Below, piece by piece: positions 11,515 to 20,628 of a DNA stretch of 64,000 bases (positions are counted from its first letter, which is position 1; every line of letters starts with the position of its first letter). The DNA comes from an uncultured Muribaculaceae bacterium. Lineage in GTDB: Bacteria; Bacillota_I; Bacilli_A; RF39; UBA660. A model generated the notes under the pieces. That model worked only from the letters and a program-made list of their open reading frames with translations, was not told where the DNA came from and did not search any database. Both the position numbers and the translations under genes were made by a program. The DNA lies in NCBI GenBank assembly GCA_964397485.1, contig CAYNHT010000002.1, forward strand, positions 158,061 to 222,060. Reading direction: 5' to 3'.

Positions 11515-11862
11515 ATGTATAGAAAATTAGGACGTACTAATAAACATAGAAGAAGTATGCTTGCTAATTTAACTAAAGATTTAATTATGCATGAGAGAAT
11601 CGAAACAACTGAAACTAGAGCTAAAGAAGTTCGTAAGTTTGTTGATAAGATGATTACTTATGGTAAAGATGGTTCTTTAGTTTCAAGAAGAAAAGCATTA
11701 GCTTTCTTACAAAATGATAATACGGCGACAAAAAAAGTATTTGATGATTTAGCAAAGAGATTTGCTAGCAGAAATGGTGGATACACTAGAATTTTAAAAT
11801 TAACAGAGCGAAGAGGCGACGACGCTCTTATGGTAATACTAGAATTAGTTGAAGGGGAATAA
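11515..11862 (+). CDS. rplQ: 50S ribosomal protein L17
   Basis: 115 aa starting [19 protein letters not shown] with ...GGYTRILKL. Confidence 0.97.
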   Translation: MYRKLGRTNKHRRSMLANLTKDLIMHERIETTETRAKEVRKFVDKMITYGKDGSLVSRRKALAFLQNDNTATKKVFDDLAKRFASRNGGYTRILKLTERRGDDALMVILELVEGE

Positions 11863-11877
11863 TATCTCCTTTTTTTG
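11852..11877 (+). terminator. Intrinsic terminator of the alpha operon
   Basis: Stem aagggga/tctcctt (7 bp, one G-U), loop ataata, followed by a T6 run. It overlaps the rplQ stop codon. Confidence 0.6.
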
Positions 11878-11933
11878 TTGTTTTATTTACCTAAATATTA
11901 TATAATTAAATAAAGAATGGTTGAGGTGATTAA

Positions 11934-12686
11934 ATGAAAGCATTAATAACAGGAGCAAGTTCTGGAATTGGAAAAGATATGGCAAGAATTTTAAGTAGTA
12001 GAGGTTACGATTTAATATTAGTTGCAAGAGATAAAGAAAAGTTAGAAAAATTAAAAAAAGAGTTAACTACAGAAGTACAAATAATAAGTATGGATATTTC
12101 AAGTACCTTTAACTGTATGAAATTATATAATAGAGTAAAAAAAGAAGATATTGATATATTAGTAAATAATGCAGGTTTTGGAGTTTATGGGAAATTTGAT
12201 GAGACTAGTCTAGATAAAGAACTTGATATGATTGATTTAAATATTAAGGCTGTTCATACTTTGACGAAAATGTTTTTAAAAGATTTTAAAGAAAAAAATA
12301 AAGGTTATATTTTGAATGTATCATCTGCAGCTGCATTTTTACCAAGGCCTTTAATGGCAGGATATTATGCGAGTAAAGCTTATGTTTTAAGACTTACAGA
12401 AGCAATATATGAAGAACTTAGACAAGATAATAGTAGTGTATACGTTGGAGCATTATGTCCAGGTCCAGTTAATACAAATTTTAATAATGTGGCAGGAGTT
12501 AAATTTTCGGTAGAAGCTTTGGAAAGTTATGATGTTGCATCCTATGCTGTTAAAAAGATGTTTGAGCGTGAAATGATTATAATACCAGGAAAAATGATGA
12601 AATTTAATATTTTCATGAACAAATTCATTCCGAAAAAGGCATTGTTAAAAATGGCGTATGGAATTCAAAAAAAGAAGGACCAATAA
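11934..12686 (+). CDS. Short-chain dehydrogenase/reductase (SDR) family oxidoreductase
   Basis: TGASSGIGKDMA (TGxxxGxG), NNAG and YYASKAYV (YxxxK) motifs. Confidence 0.85.
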   Translation: MKALITGASSGIGKDMARILSSRGYDLILVARDKEKLEKLKKELTTEVQIISMDISSTFNCMKLYNRVKKEDIDILVNNAGFGVYGKFDETSLDKELDMIDLNIKAVHTLTKMFLKDFKEKNKGYILNVSSAAAFLPRPLMAGYYASKAYVLRLTEAIYEELRQDNSSVYVGALCPGPVNTNFNNVAGVKFSVEALESYDVASYAVKKMFEREMIIIPGKMMKFNIFMNKFIPKKALLKMAYGIQKKKDQ

Positions 12687-13288
12687 TGACAAAATATATT
12701 GATGTTACTAATACATATATAGATGCAAGTGTAGAAATCGGTGAAAATACAATTATATATCCAAACGTAATGATTAAAGGAAAATCTAAAATTGGTGATA
12801 ATTGTATTATATACATGGGATGTTATATAGAGGATTCCACTATTGGTGATAATAACACTATATATAATTCACACATCAGTAAAAGTAATATAGGAAACAA
12901 TAATGAAATTGGTCCATATGCTAATATTAGAGAAAATAATAATATTAGAAATAATATAAAAATAGGGTCTTTTGTTGAATTGAAAAATTGTGATATAGAA
13001 GAATATACTAGGATACCCCATATTTCTTATTTAGGGGATACTACAGTGGGTAAAAGGGTAAATGTTGGATGTGGAACCACAACTGCTAATTTTGATGGTG
13101 AAAATAAGCAAAAAACAATAATCAAGGATGATGTTTTTGTGGGATGTAATACAACTATAATAGCTCCAGTTATCCTAGAAAAAAACAGTGTAGTTGCTGC
13201 AGGTTCAACTATCACTGAGGATGTAAATGAAAATTCACTTGCTATAGCTAGAAGTAGACAGATTACAAAAGAAGACTATTATGATTAG
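12686..13288 (+). CDS. Left-handed beta-helix acetyltransferase resembling only the C-terminal domain of GlmU
   Basis: Hexapeptide repeats throughout. It is collinear with my recollection of the GlmU acetyltransferase half (YIDASVEIGENTIIYPNV...HISYLGDTTVGKRVNVGCGTTTANFDGENKQKTIIKDDVFVGCNT...). There is no uridylyltransferase domain. Its ATG overlaps the SDR stop (TAATG). Confidence 0.75.
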   Translation: MTKYIDVTNTYIDASVEIGENTIIYPNVMIKGKSKIGDNCIIYMGCYIEDSTIGDNNTIYNSHISKSNIGNNNEIGPYANIRENNNIRNNIKIGSFVELKNCDIEEYTRIPHISYLGDTTVGKRVNVGCGTTTANFDGENKQKTIIKDDVFVGCNTTIIAPVILEKNSVVAAGSTITEDVNENSLAIARSRQITKEDYYD

Positions 13289-13312
13289 AAACACTTATAA
13301 GGTGTTTTTTTA
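13289..13312 (+). terminator. Intrinsic terminator
   Basis: Stem aaacac/gtgttt, 7-nt loop, then a T run immediately after the stop at 13288. Confidence 0.7.
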
Positions 13313-13316
13313 GTGA

Positions 13317-13345
13317 TTGACAATATTTATATTATATGTTAAACT
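13317..13345 (+). promoter_or_regulatory. SigA-type promoter for the pilin-leader GH18 gene
   Basis: TTGACA (13317-13322), 17-nt spacer containing TG, then TAAACT (13340-13345). Confidence 0.6.
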
Positions 13346-13401
13346 CACTAGTGTAAATAACAATAAAAATATTGTTTTTTTTTAGGAAGAAGGAATTAAG
13401 T

Positions 13402-15375
13402 TTGAAAAAAGGGTTCACATTGATTGAGTTACTAGCAGTAATAGTTATATTGGCTATTTTAGCACTAATTGCCATACCAATTATTAATAATGTTATATTA
13501 GGTGCTAAAAAGAATGCTTTTAGAGTAAGTGCTTCTTATATTCTTGACGCAGCAGATTATTATTTTTTTACTCATGATGAAATAAATAATAATGATTTTA
13601 TTAAATTAGATATAGGCAAAAATGATGATGTTAAAATTCAATTTAAAGGATCTCGACCTGATAATGGGCAAGTACTTAGAGATAGTGATGGAAACGTTAG
13701 TCTGTATATGTATAGCAAGGACTTAAAGGCATGTGTTATCAAAGATTATTATAATGATGATATAATTTTACATGAAAATGTAACGGAGGATATATGTAAA
13801 AAAGTATTAGAAAAACCATTGATATTATCTGATATAGTTAAAATAGGAGATTATGTCAATTATGAAGCAGGGATATGGAATGAAAATAAACCTTACGGGG
13901 ATATAATTTCGTTTGGAGAATTTGGGGGATACCAATCTGGTATGAGTAGAAATCAAGGTGTGGCTTGTGAAAATAATGGATCAATTGTTAATGAGGCATA
14001 TGGATGGAGAGTCATTGATGTTGATCAGTCAACAGGTGCTGTATCGTTAGTTCATGCAGGGACACCAGAATGTTATAGAAATGAATGGGGAAGAAATACA
14101 GAATCAGTAGATATTTTAAAAAACCGTAATTATAGTATTTATGTTGATAGCAAATATGCAAAATCAGCAACTATTTTCACAAAAGAAATGGCTGAAAAAG
14201 TGTATGGTTCAATAATAGAGGCTGGTGCTGGCTTTTATGATTTAGAACATGATGTTTTAAAATCATATTCACGTTATTGGTTTCCAACGCCACATGGAGA
14301 TAATAATCTTATGTATGTTCAACCTGGGGGATATGTTGGCAGCATGGGTTCATACACATATGGAATAAGACCGGTGGTAATTTTAAAAGAGAATCTTCTA
14401 ATAACAGACGGAACGGGAACTATCAACAATGGATACAAAATTGAAACTAAGTTTACGGCGAAATCAGCAATTGAAAATGAGGGGTTATTAACAGGCTATT
14501 GGGAAAATTGGAATGGTGTATCAAATATAGAATTATCTAAAGTTCCATATTCCTATGATATAATTGCTTTAGCATTTGGATTGACAAAAGATGGTTCTTT
14601 AAAAGGTACGGTGGACTTTAGTTTAGATCAATATTTATCTAATCATTTAGATGGATACACAGGGCAAGATTTAAAAGATGATATTAGGGTCCTTCAAATG
14701 AGAGGTAAGAAAGTAGTTTTGTCTATTGGTGGAGCTACAGGTAACGTTATTGTAGATGATGAGCAATCAACTGATAATTTTGTTAATAGTGTTATGAATC
14801 TAATTAATGAGTACAAATTTGATGGAATTGATATTAATCTTGAAAACGGTATTTATCCAACTTTTCTAGCAAACGCATTAACTAGAATTTCTAATAATAT
14901 TGGTCCCAATTTTATTTTGACACTTGCTCCTCAAACTGTTGATTTCAAAGTGAATGGTTCAGGTCAAGTATCAGGTGCATATTATGATTTAATATCACAA
15001 ATCAAAGAAATAGTGACAATAGTTAATATTCAATTGTATAATTCAGGTGATCAATATGGCTTAGATGGTAATATTTATTATCCGGGTACAGTAGATTTTA
15101 TCACCTCCCTTACTACAATACTGCTTGAGAATGGATTAGAACAATCTCAAGTGGGTATAGGAACAAACTATAATTCTACTAAAACCGGATACATGGAACC
15201 AGAATATATAATAGATGCATATAATTCTTTAAAATTGGGCGGAACTACACTGGGCGGTACTTATGATATACCAAATCAATATCCAAATTTAGGTGGTTTT
15301 ATGATATGGTCAATAAATGGTGATCACAGTATTGGTAATAAATTCAGTGATGCATATATAACAGTATTAAAATAA
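13402..15375 (+). CDS. Prepilin-type N-terminal cleavage/methylation domain protein with C-terminal GH18 glycoside hydrolase domain
   Basis: TTG 13402 lies 7 nt after SD aggaagaagga and gives MKKG|FTLIELLAVIVILAILALIAIP, a class III signal peptide with Glu+5. The C-terminal ~290 aa carry GYWENWNG, FDGIDINLE (GH18 catalytic motif) and MIWSINGD. Confidence 0.85.
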   Translation: MKKGFTLIELLAVIVILAILALIAIPIINNVILGAKKNAFRVSASYILDAADYYFFTHDEINNNDFIKLDIGKNDDVKIQFKGSRPDNGQVLRDSDGNVSLYMYSKDLKACVIKDYYNDDIILHENVTEDICKKVLEKPLILSDIVKIGDYVNYEAGIWNENKPYGDIISFGEFGGYQSGMSRNQGVACENNGSIVNEAYGWRVIDVDQSTGAVSLVHAGTPECYRNEWGRNTESVDILKNRNYSIYVDSKYAKSATIFTKEMAEKVYGSIIEAGAGFYDLEHDVLKSYSRYWFPTPHGDNNLMYVQPGGYVGSMGSYTYGIRPVVILKENLLITDGTGTINNGYKIETKFTAKSAIENEGLLTGYWENWNGVSNIELSKVPYSYDIIALAFGLTKDGSLKGTVDFSLDQYLSNHLDGYTGQDLKDDIRVLQMRGKKVVLSIGGATGNVIVDDEQSTDNFVNSVMNLINEYKFDGIDINLENGIYPTFLANALTRISNNIGPNFILTLAPQTVDFKVNGSGQVSGAYYDLISQIKEIVTIVNIQLYNSGDQYGLDGNIYYPGTVDFITSLTTILLENGLEQSQVGIGTNYNSTKTGYMEPEYIIDAYNSLKLGGTTLGGTYDIPNQYPNLGGFMIWSINGDHSIGNKFSDAYITVLK

Positions 15376-15429
15376 GTGGAAAAGAGGTATAATTATTATC
15401 ATTTTACTTCTTTTTTATTGGCATAAAAG

Positions 15430-15458
15430 TTGTAAAAAGCAAGTATTTATATTATAAT
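15430..15458 (+). promoter_or_regulatory. SigA-type promoter of the ecf-truA operon
   Basis: TTGTAA (15430-15435), 17-nt spacer, TATAAT (15453-15458). Confidence 0.55.
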
Positions 15459-15480
15459 AGGTATATTGTGTGGTGAGAAT

Positions 15481-16290
15481 ATGGACGATATTATAATAAT
15501 TAAAGATTTAATGTTTAAATACAATAATAATGTAATTTTTGAACAGTTTAGTTTAGATATTAAAGAGGGCAGCTGGACAACTTTGATTGGTCCAAATGGT
15601 AGCGGTAAAAGCACTTTAGTAAAAATTCTTTTAGGACTATTAAAGTTTGAAGGATATATTAATATTGACAAATGTATTCTATCTAAAGATAATTTTAGAG
15701 AAATAAGGAGTAAAATAGGAGTAGTATTCGAAAATCCAGATAATTGCTTTGTTGCCGAAACAGTATTAGATGAAATAGCATTTTCATTAGAAAATCTAGA
15801 ATTTGAAAAAGAAGATATAAGAAAAAGAGTGGTTGAAGTTAGTGAATATTTAAATATTGTTGATATTCTTGAAAACAATCCCCATAGTTTAAGTGGGGGT
15901 CAAAAACAGTTGGTTGCTTTGGCATCTGCTTTAGCTCTTGATCCTAAAATATTAATCTTAGATGAGGCATTAACTAGAATTGATAATAAGGAAAAAGATA
16001 AAATTTTAAAAATAATCAAAAAGATACATAAAGATAAAAATATTACAATTGTGAATGTGACTCACGATATGGAAGAAACTATATATGGTGATGATATAAT
16101 CGTTATAGATAAAGGGAAGATTATCTTAAAGGGCATAAAAGAATTAGTGTTAAAAGAAGAAAAAATATTTAGAGAATTAGGGCTAGAATTGCCATTTATG
16201 GCTTCGTTATCACTAAAGTTACAATATTATGATCTGATTGATGATATAATATTGGACATGGATAAGTTGGTGGATAAATTATGGAAATAA
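15481..16290 (+). CDS. ecfA1: ECF transporter ATPase subunit EcfA1
   Basis: Walker A GPNGSGKST, signature LSGGQKQ, Walker B ILILDEA. It is the first of the conserved ecfA1-ecfA2-ecfT-truA block. ATG 15481 was preferred over TTG 15466. Confidence 0.92.
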   Translation: MDDIIIIKDLMFKYNNNVIFEQFSLDIKEGSWTTLIGPNGSGKSTLVKILLGLLKFEGYINIDKCILSKDNFREIRSKIGVVFENPDNCFVAETVLDEIAFSLENLEFEKEDIRKRVVEVSEYLNIVDILENNPHSLSGGQKQLVALASALALDPKILILDEALTRIDNKEKDKILKIIKKIHKDKNITIVNVTHDMEETIYGDDIIVIDKGKIILKGIKELVLKEEKIFRELGLELPFMASLSLKLQYYDLIDDIILDMDKLVDKLWK

Positions 16291-17132
16291 AATTTGAAAA
16301 GGTAGGGTTTTGTTATAACGAAAAGACACCTTTAAAAAAAGAAGTTTTAAAAGATATTAATTTGACCATTAAAAAAGATAAGATAACAGGAATAGTTGGT
16401 AAAAGTGGTAGTGGTAAGACAACGCTAGTTGAAATGATTAATGCTTTAGTATTGCCTACTGCAGGTCAGATTACGATAGATAGTTTTGTAATAAAAAAAG
16501 GAAAGAAAATTTTTAATGTTAATAACTTAAGAGTTAACATAGGGCTTGTGTTTGAATTTCCTGAAGAACAATTTTTTTGTGATACAGTAAAAAAAGAAAT
16601 AGAGTTTGGAATGAAATATTTTAATTATAAATCAGATAAAATTGATAAAAGAGTAAGTGATTCTTTAAAAATGGTTGGGCTTGATGATAGTTATTTAAAT
16701 AGAGATCCCTTTTCTTTAAGTAGTGGAGAAAAAAGAAAAGTAGCAATTGCTTCTGTATTGGCATTTAATCCTAAAATAATTATATTAGACGAACCAACAG
16801 TTGGACTTGATAGTAACAGCAAAGACAACCTTGTTAAATTAATGAAAATGTTAAAACAAAAGTATAATAAGACAGTTATAATAGTTAGCCATGATGTTGA
16901 TTTGTTGCATAGATTAGTGGATTATATTTATATTGTGAATAATAAGAAAATAGTTTTACATGGTGAAAAATATGATGTCTTTAAAGAAGAAGATAAATTA
17001 AAAAGATATGGATTAACAGTGCCAAAAATAATTGAATTTTCAAATAAGGTTTTTAAGAAAAAAAATATAAAAATGGGATATCGTGATGACATAAATGATT
17101 TAATAAAGGATATATATAGATATGCTAAATAA
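16281..17132 (+). CDS. ecfA2: ECF transporter ATPase subunit EcfA2
   Basis: GKSGSGKTT, LSSGEKRK and IIILDEPT motifs; overlaps ecfA1 by 10 nt. Confidence 0.92.
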   Translation: MEIKFEKVGFCYNEKTPLKKEVLKDINLTIKKDKITGIVGKSGSGKTTLVEMINALVLPTAGQITIDSFVIKKGKKIFNVNNLRVNIGLVFEFPEEQFFCDTVKKEIEFGMKYFNYKSDKIDKRVSDSLKMVGLDDSYLNRDPFSLSSGEKRKVAIASVLAFNPKIIILDEPTVGLDSNSKDNLVKLMKMLKQKYNKTVIIVSHDVDLLHRLVDYIYIVNNKKIVLHGEKYDVFKEEDKLKRYGLTVPKIIEFSNKVFKKKNIKMGYRDDINDLIKDIYRYAK

Positions 17133-17877
17133 TGTAATGATTGGAAAATATTATCCTATTTATTCGAAAATTCATAGAATGAATCCATTGGCAAAAATAA
17201 TATGTACTTTTATATTTATAATTGCTACATTTATTAGTTATAACATTATTTTTAATGCATGTTTATTGGCATTTATTTTACTTATTGTAATGATGACACA
17301 TATACCACTAAGAATATATTTTAAGACACTAAGTAGTATAAAAATACTATTAATATTCATAATCGTAATTAACTTTGCACTAAAGGTTGATGTTACAATT
17401 ACGGCGATAATGATGATAAGATTGATTACTATTGTCCTTTATACCACTGTACTAACATTAACCACTCCACCAACTGAAATTACATATGGGTTAGAACTAT
17501 TTTTCGCACCTCTTAGAATAATTGGTATACCTGTCAATAAAATGGCGTTATCAATAAGTTTGGCATTACGTTTTATTCCTACAATTATAGACCAAGGTAA
17601 TAAAATCTTAAAATCACAAGCAAGCAGAGGAATAGACTATTATAGTTCTAATATTAGAGGTAAATTTCTAGCTTTAAAGGCTATGTTATTACCAATGTTA
17701 ATTTTATCTTTTAAAAGGGCAGACGAGTTAGCAGATTCAATGGAAGTTCGTCTTTATAGCATCAATAAAAAAAGAACAAATTATCGTTTAAATACATGGG
17801 GGTTTTTTGATACTTATATGGTATTAATCCATTTAATAGTATTAGTCGCAATAATAATGAAAGAGGTAGTAATATGA
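17122..17877 (+). CDS. ecfT: ECF transporter transmembrane subunit EcfT
   Basis: 251-aa polytopic membrane protein with CbiQ/EcfT-like sequence (ALRFIPTIIDQGNKILKSQASRG); conserved position. Confidence 0.9.
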   Translation: MLNNVMIGKYYPIYSKIHRMNPLAKIICTFIFIIATFISYNIIFNACLLAFILLIVMMTHIPLRIYFKTLSSIKILLIFIIVINFALKVDVTITAIMMIRLITIVLYTTVLTLTTPPTEITYGLELFFAPLRIIGIPVNKMALSISLALRFIPTIIDQGNKILKSQASRGIDYYSSNIRGKFLALKAMLLPMLILSFKRADELADSMEVRLYSINKKRTNYRLNTWGFFDTYMVLIHLIVLVAIIMKEVVI

Positions 17878-18614
17878 GATATTTTATAACTTTTTCATAT
17901 GATGGTTCAAAATACAATGGATATCAAAAACAACCACGTGTGAAAACTATTCAAGGGGAATTAGAAAAGGCATTAAAAACAATTAATGATAATGAAAAAG
18001 TTGATGTTTATGCTAGTGGAAGGACAGATGCTGGCGTACATGCGCTTAGTCAGAAGGCGCATTTTGATTTGAAAACTAGTATATGCCCTGATAATTTGTT
18101 AAGAGCATTAAATAGTTTAGTTCCTGGTGACATATATATAAAGAATGTTGAGGAAGTTACTGATATGTTTCATGCTAGATTTAATGTTAAAGCTAAAGAA
18201 TATATATATAAAATAAATATGGGCGAATATGATCCAATTGAAAAGGATTATGTGTACCAATATAATAAGCGGTTAGATGTAGTTGAAATGGAAAGAGCTC
18301 TTAAATATTTAGAAGGAACTCATGATTTTAAATCTTTTTCTAAAACTGATGAAGAAAAAGAAGATTTTGTTAGAACAATAATTCAAACTAATCTCTTAAG
18401 AGACATGAAAAATGTTAATAAAATTACAATTAGTTTTTTAGGAACAGGTTTTTTAAGATATATGGTTCGAAACATGGTTGGCACTTTAATCGAAATTGGT
18501 GAAGGTAAAAGAAGAAGTGAAGATATAATTAACATTATAGAAGCACTAGACAGGCGAAAAGCAGGAAAAACAGCAAATCCAGAAGGTTTATATTTAAAAG
18601 ATGTTTTTTATTGA
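17874..18614 (+). CDS. truA: tRNA pseudouridine(38-40) synthase TruA
   Basis: MRYFITFSYDGSKYNGYQKQP...ASGRTDAGVHA; overlaps ecfT by 4 nt. Confidence 0.95.
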   Translation: MRYFITFSYDGSKYNGYQKQPRVKTIQGELEKALKTINDNEKVDVYASGRTDAGVHALSQKAHFDLKTSICPDNLLRALNSLVPGDIYIKNVEEVTDMFHARFNVKAKEYIYKINMGEYDPIEKDYVYQYNKRLDVVEMERALKYLEGTHDFKSFSKTDEEKEDFVRTIIQTNLLRDMKNVNKITISFLGTGFLRYMVRNMVGTLIEIGEGKRRSEDIINIIEALDRRKAGKTANPEGLYLKDVFY

Positions 18615-18653
18615 AAAGTTTTAATATTTTAACGTAAAAAGCATATATTTTTA

Positions 18654-18682
18654 TTGACTTTTCTATAAAAATTTAGTACAAT
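18654..18682 (+). promoter_or_regulatory. SigA-type promoter of rplM-rpsI
   Basis: TTGACT (18654-18659), 17-nt spacer, TACAAT (18677-18682). Confidence 0.6.
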
Positions 18683-18689
18683 TTATACT

Positions 18690-18760
18690 GGTACATTTTC
18701 TATATCCCATTGGAGTAAGTATTGGGAACACTTACTTTGATAGATAGAAGGAAGGAAAAT
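18690..18760 (+). ncRNA. Structured 5' leader; candidate L13 (rplM) ribosomal-protein leader
   Basis: Hairpin agtaagt/acttact (18714-18736) competes with an alternative tccca/tggga pairing (18705-18709 with 18723-18727), just upstream of the rplM SD. Assignment to the L13-leader family rests on position only. Confidence 0.35.
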
Positions 18761-18763
18761 ATT

Positions 18764-19198
18764 ATGAAAAATACTTATATGCAAAAAAAGCAAGAAGTTG
18801 CTCGCAATTGGTATGTTATTGATGCTTCAGATAAGAATCTTGGGCGCTTGGCTACTAGAGTTGCACACGTATTACGTGGGAAGCATAAAACTACATTTAC
18901 ACCACATGTTGATTGTGGAGACTTTGTAATTGTAATCAATGCTTCAAAAATTAATTTAACTGGAAATAAACTGAATGATAAAATTTATTATAATCATAGT
19001 GGATACCCAGGTGGATTAAGAGAAAGAACAGCTAAAGTTATGAAAGAAAAATATCCTAATGAAATGGTTGAAAGAGCTATTAAAGGGATGCTTCCAAAGG
19101 GAAGACTAGGACGTCAAATGTATAGAAAGCTATTTGTATATGCGGATGCAAATCATCCACATATGGCTCAACAACCAGTTGAGTTAAAAATGGATTAA
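18764..19198 (+). CDS. rplM: 50S ribosomal protein L13
   Basis: [30 protein letters not shown] starts at ATG 18764 after SD gaaggaagga. The track start at 18722 is too early. Confidence 0.95.
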   Translation: MKNTYMQKKQEVARNWYVIDASDKNLGRLATRVAHVLRGKHKTTFTPHVDCGDFVIVINASKINLTGNKLNDKIYYNHSGYPGGLRERTAKVMKEKYPNEMVERAIKGMLPKGRLGRQMYRKLFVYADANHPHMAQQPVELKMD

Positions 19199-19210
19199 GG
19201 AGGATTTTAA

Positions 19211-19630
19211 ATGGCTAATAAAAAAGTATTTATTGGAACAGGTAGAAGAAAATCATCTATCGCACAAGTTAAAATGACTCCAGGTAAAGGTAAAATTACT
19301 GTTAACGGAAGAGACGTAAGAGATTTTTTCCCTTATGAAACTAATGTTATGGATTTAAAACAACCTTTAGTTGCAACTGATACAGTTGAAACATTTGATA
19401 TTGACGTTACTGTTACTGGAGGAGGATTCACTGGTCAAACTGGTGCAATTCGTTTAGGTATTGCTCGTGCTTTATTAGAATATGATGCTAATAATGATCC
19501 TGAAAGTGAAACAAGTTTTAGAAAAATCTTGAAAAGAGCTGGTTTTGTTACTAGAGATTCAAGAGCTAAAGAACGTAAGAAACCAGGACTTAAAGCAGCA
19601 CGTAGAGCTCCACAATTTTCTAAGAGATAA
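19211..19630 (+). CDS. rpsI: 30S ribosomal protein S9
   Basis: 139 aa with [19 protein letters not shown] and C-terminal ...RRAPQFSKR. Confidence 0.96.
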   Translation: MANKKVFIGTGRRKSSIAQVKMTPGKGKITVNGRDVRDFFPYETNVMDLKQPLVATDTVETFDIDVTVTGGGFTGQTGAIRLGIARALLEYDANNDPESETSFRKILKRAGFVTRDSRAKERKKPGLKAARRAPQFSKR

Positions 19631-19658
19631 TTATTTCATAAAAAAAGTTATGTTTTAC

Positions 19659-19695
19659 AAAAGTACAATGTTAAAAATTGTACTTTTTTCTTGTT
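19659..19695 (+). terminator. Intrinsic terminator after rpsI
   Basis: Perfect 11-bp stem aaaagtacaat/attgtactttt, 7-nt loop, then a T-rich tail. Confidence 0.8.
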
Positions 19696-19752
19696 TTAAA
19701 ATATATCTTTTACGGTATGATTTTGTTATAATAATTAATAGGAAGTGATAAT

Positions 19753-20628
19753 ATGCTTAGATTGAGCACTGAATGGAAAAGCTATGAATGTATAGATGCT
19801 GGAAATGGTGAAAAATTAGAAAATTGGAATGGTATAGTATTAAGAAGACCAGATCCTCAAGCCATATGGCCAGTTAATAACAATAGTGAAATGTGGAATA
19901 ATTGTGATGGTCATTACTTTAGAAGTAATAAAGGCGGAGGCGAGTGGAGTTTTAAAAAGAAACTACCAGAGTACTGGACTGTTGAATATAGAGAATTGAC
20001 GTTTAAAGTTTCACCAACTAACTTCAAACATACTGGATTATTTCCTGAGCAAGCTGTTAACTGGGATTTTATGATTCAAAAAATTAAAAAAAGCAACAGA
20101 CCTATAAAAGTTTTAAATTTATTTGCTTATACAGGTGGAGCTACCATGGCTTGTTCATATGCTGGAGCTGAAGTTGTTCATGTTGATGCAGCTAAAGGTA
20201 TGGTTGAATGGGCAAAAGAAAATATGCGCTTATCTAATCTAGAAAATAATAAAATTCGTTTTATTATTGATGATTGTTTAAAGTTCGTTGAAAGAGAAGC
20301 AAGAAGAGGCAATGTATATGATGGTATCGTAATGGATCCACCATCATATGGAAGAGGTCCTAATGGTGAAGTATGGAAATTTGAAGATAATATATATATG
20401 CTTATCAATGCATGTTTAAAGATTTTAAGTGATAAGCCACTGTTCTTTTTAATAAACTCATATACTACAGGTATTTCAAGTACCGTACTTGAAAACATCT
20501 TAAAAACAACTTTACTGCCAATTTATCCAAGTGGGATTGTTGATGCAGGAGAGATAGGACTGCCTGTTACTAATAATAAATTAGTATTACCTTGTGGAAT
20601 TTATGGGAGATGGCAAGAAAATGATTAA
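19753..20628 (+). CDS. Class I SAM-dependent (RlmI/RlmK-like) methyltransferase
   Basis: SAM motif NLFAYTGGATMA and motif IV MDPPSYGRG. A methyltransferase sits in the same position after rpsI in Bacillus (ybaJ-like position, from memory). Confidence 0.8.
   Translation: MLRLSTEWKSYECIDAGNGEKLENWNGIVLRRPDPQAIWPVNNNSEMWNNCDGHYFRSNKGGGEWSFKKKLPEYWTVEYRELTFKVSPTNFKHTGLFPEQAVNWDFMIQKIKKSNRPIKVLNLFAYTGGATMACSYAGAEVVHVDAAKGMVEWAKENMRLSNLENNKIRFIIDDCLKFVEREARRGNVYDGIVMDPPSYGRGPNGEVWKFEDNIYMLINACLKILSDKPLFFLINSYTTGISSTVLENILKTTLLPIYPSGIVDAGEIGLPVTNNKLVLPCGIYGRWQEND

Noticed and set aside
15447-15878. 143-aa minus-strand ORF opposite ecfA1.
   Set aside because: It is antisense to a gene with clear Walker A/B and ABC signature motifs, and has no SD or family resemblance.
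19545-19748. 67-aa plus-strand ORF overlapping the rpsI 3' end.
   Set aside because: It is out of frame with rpsI and runs straight through the rpsI terminator hairpin (19659-19695).
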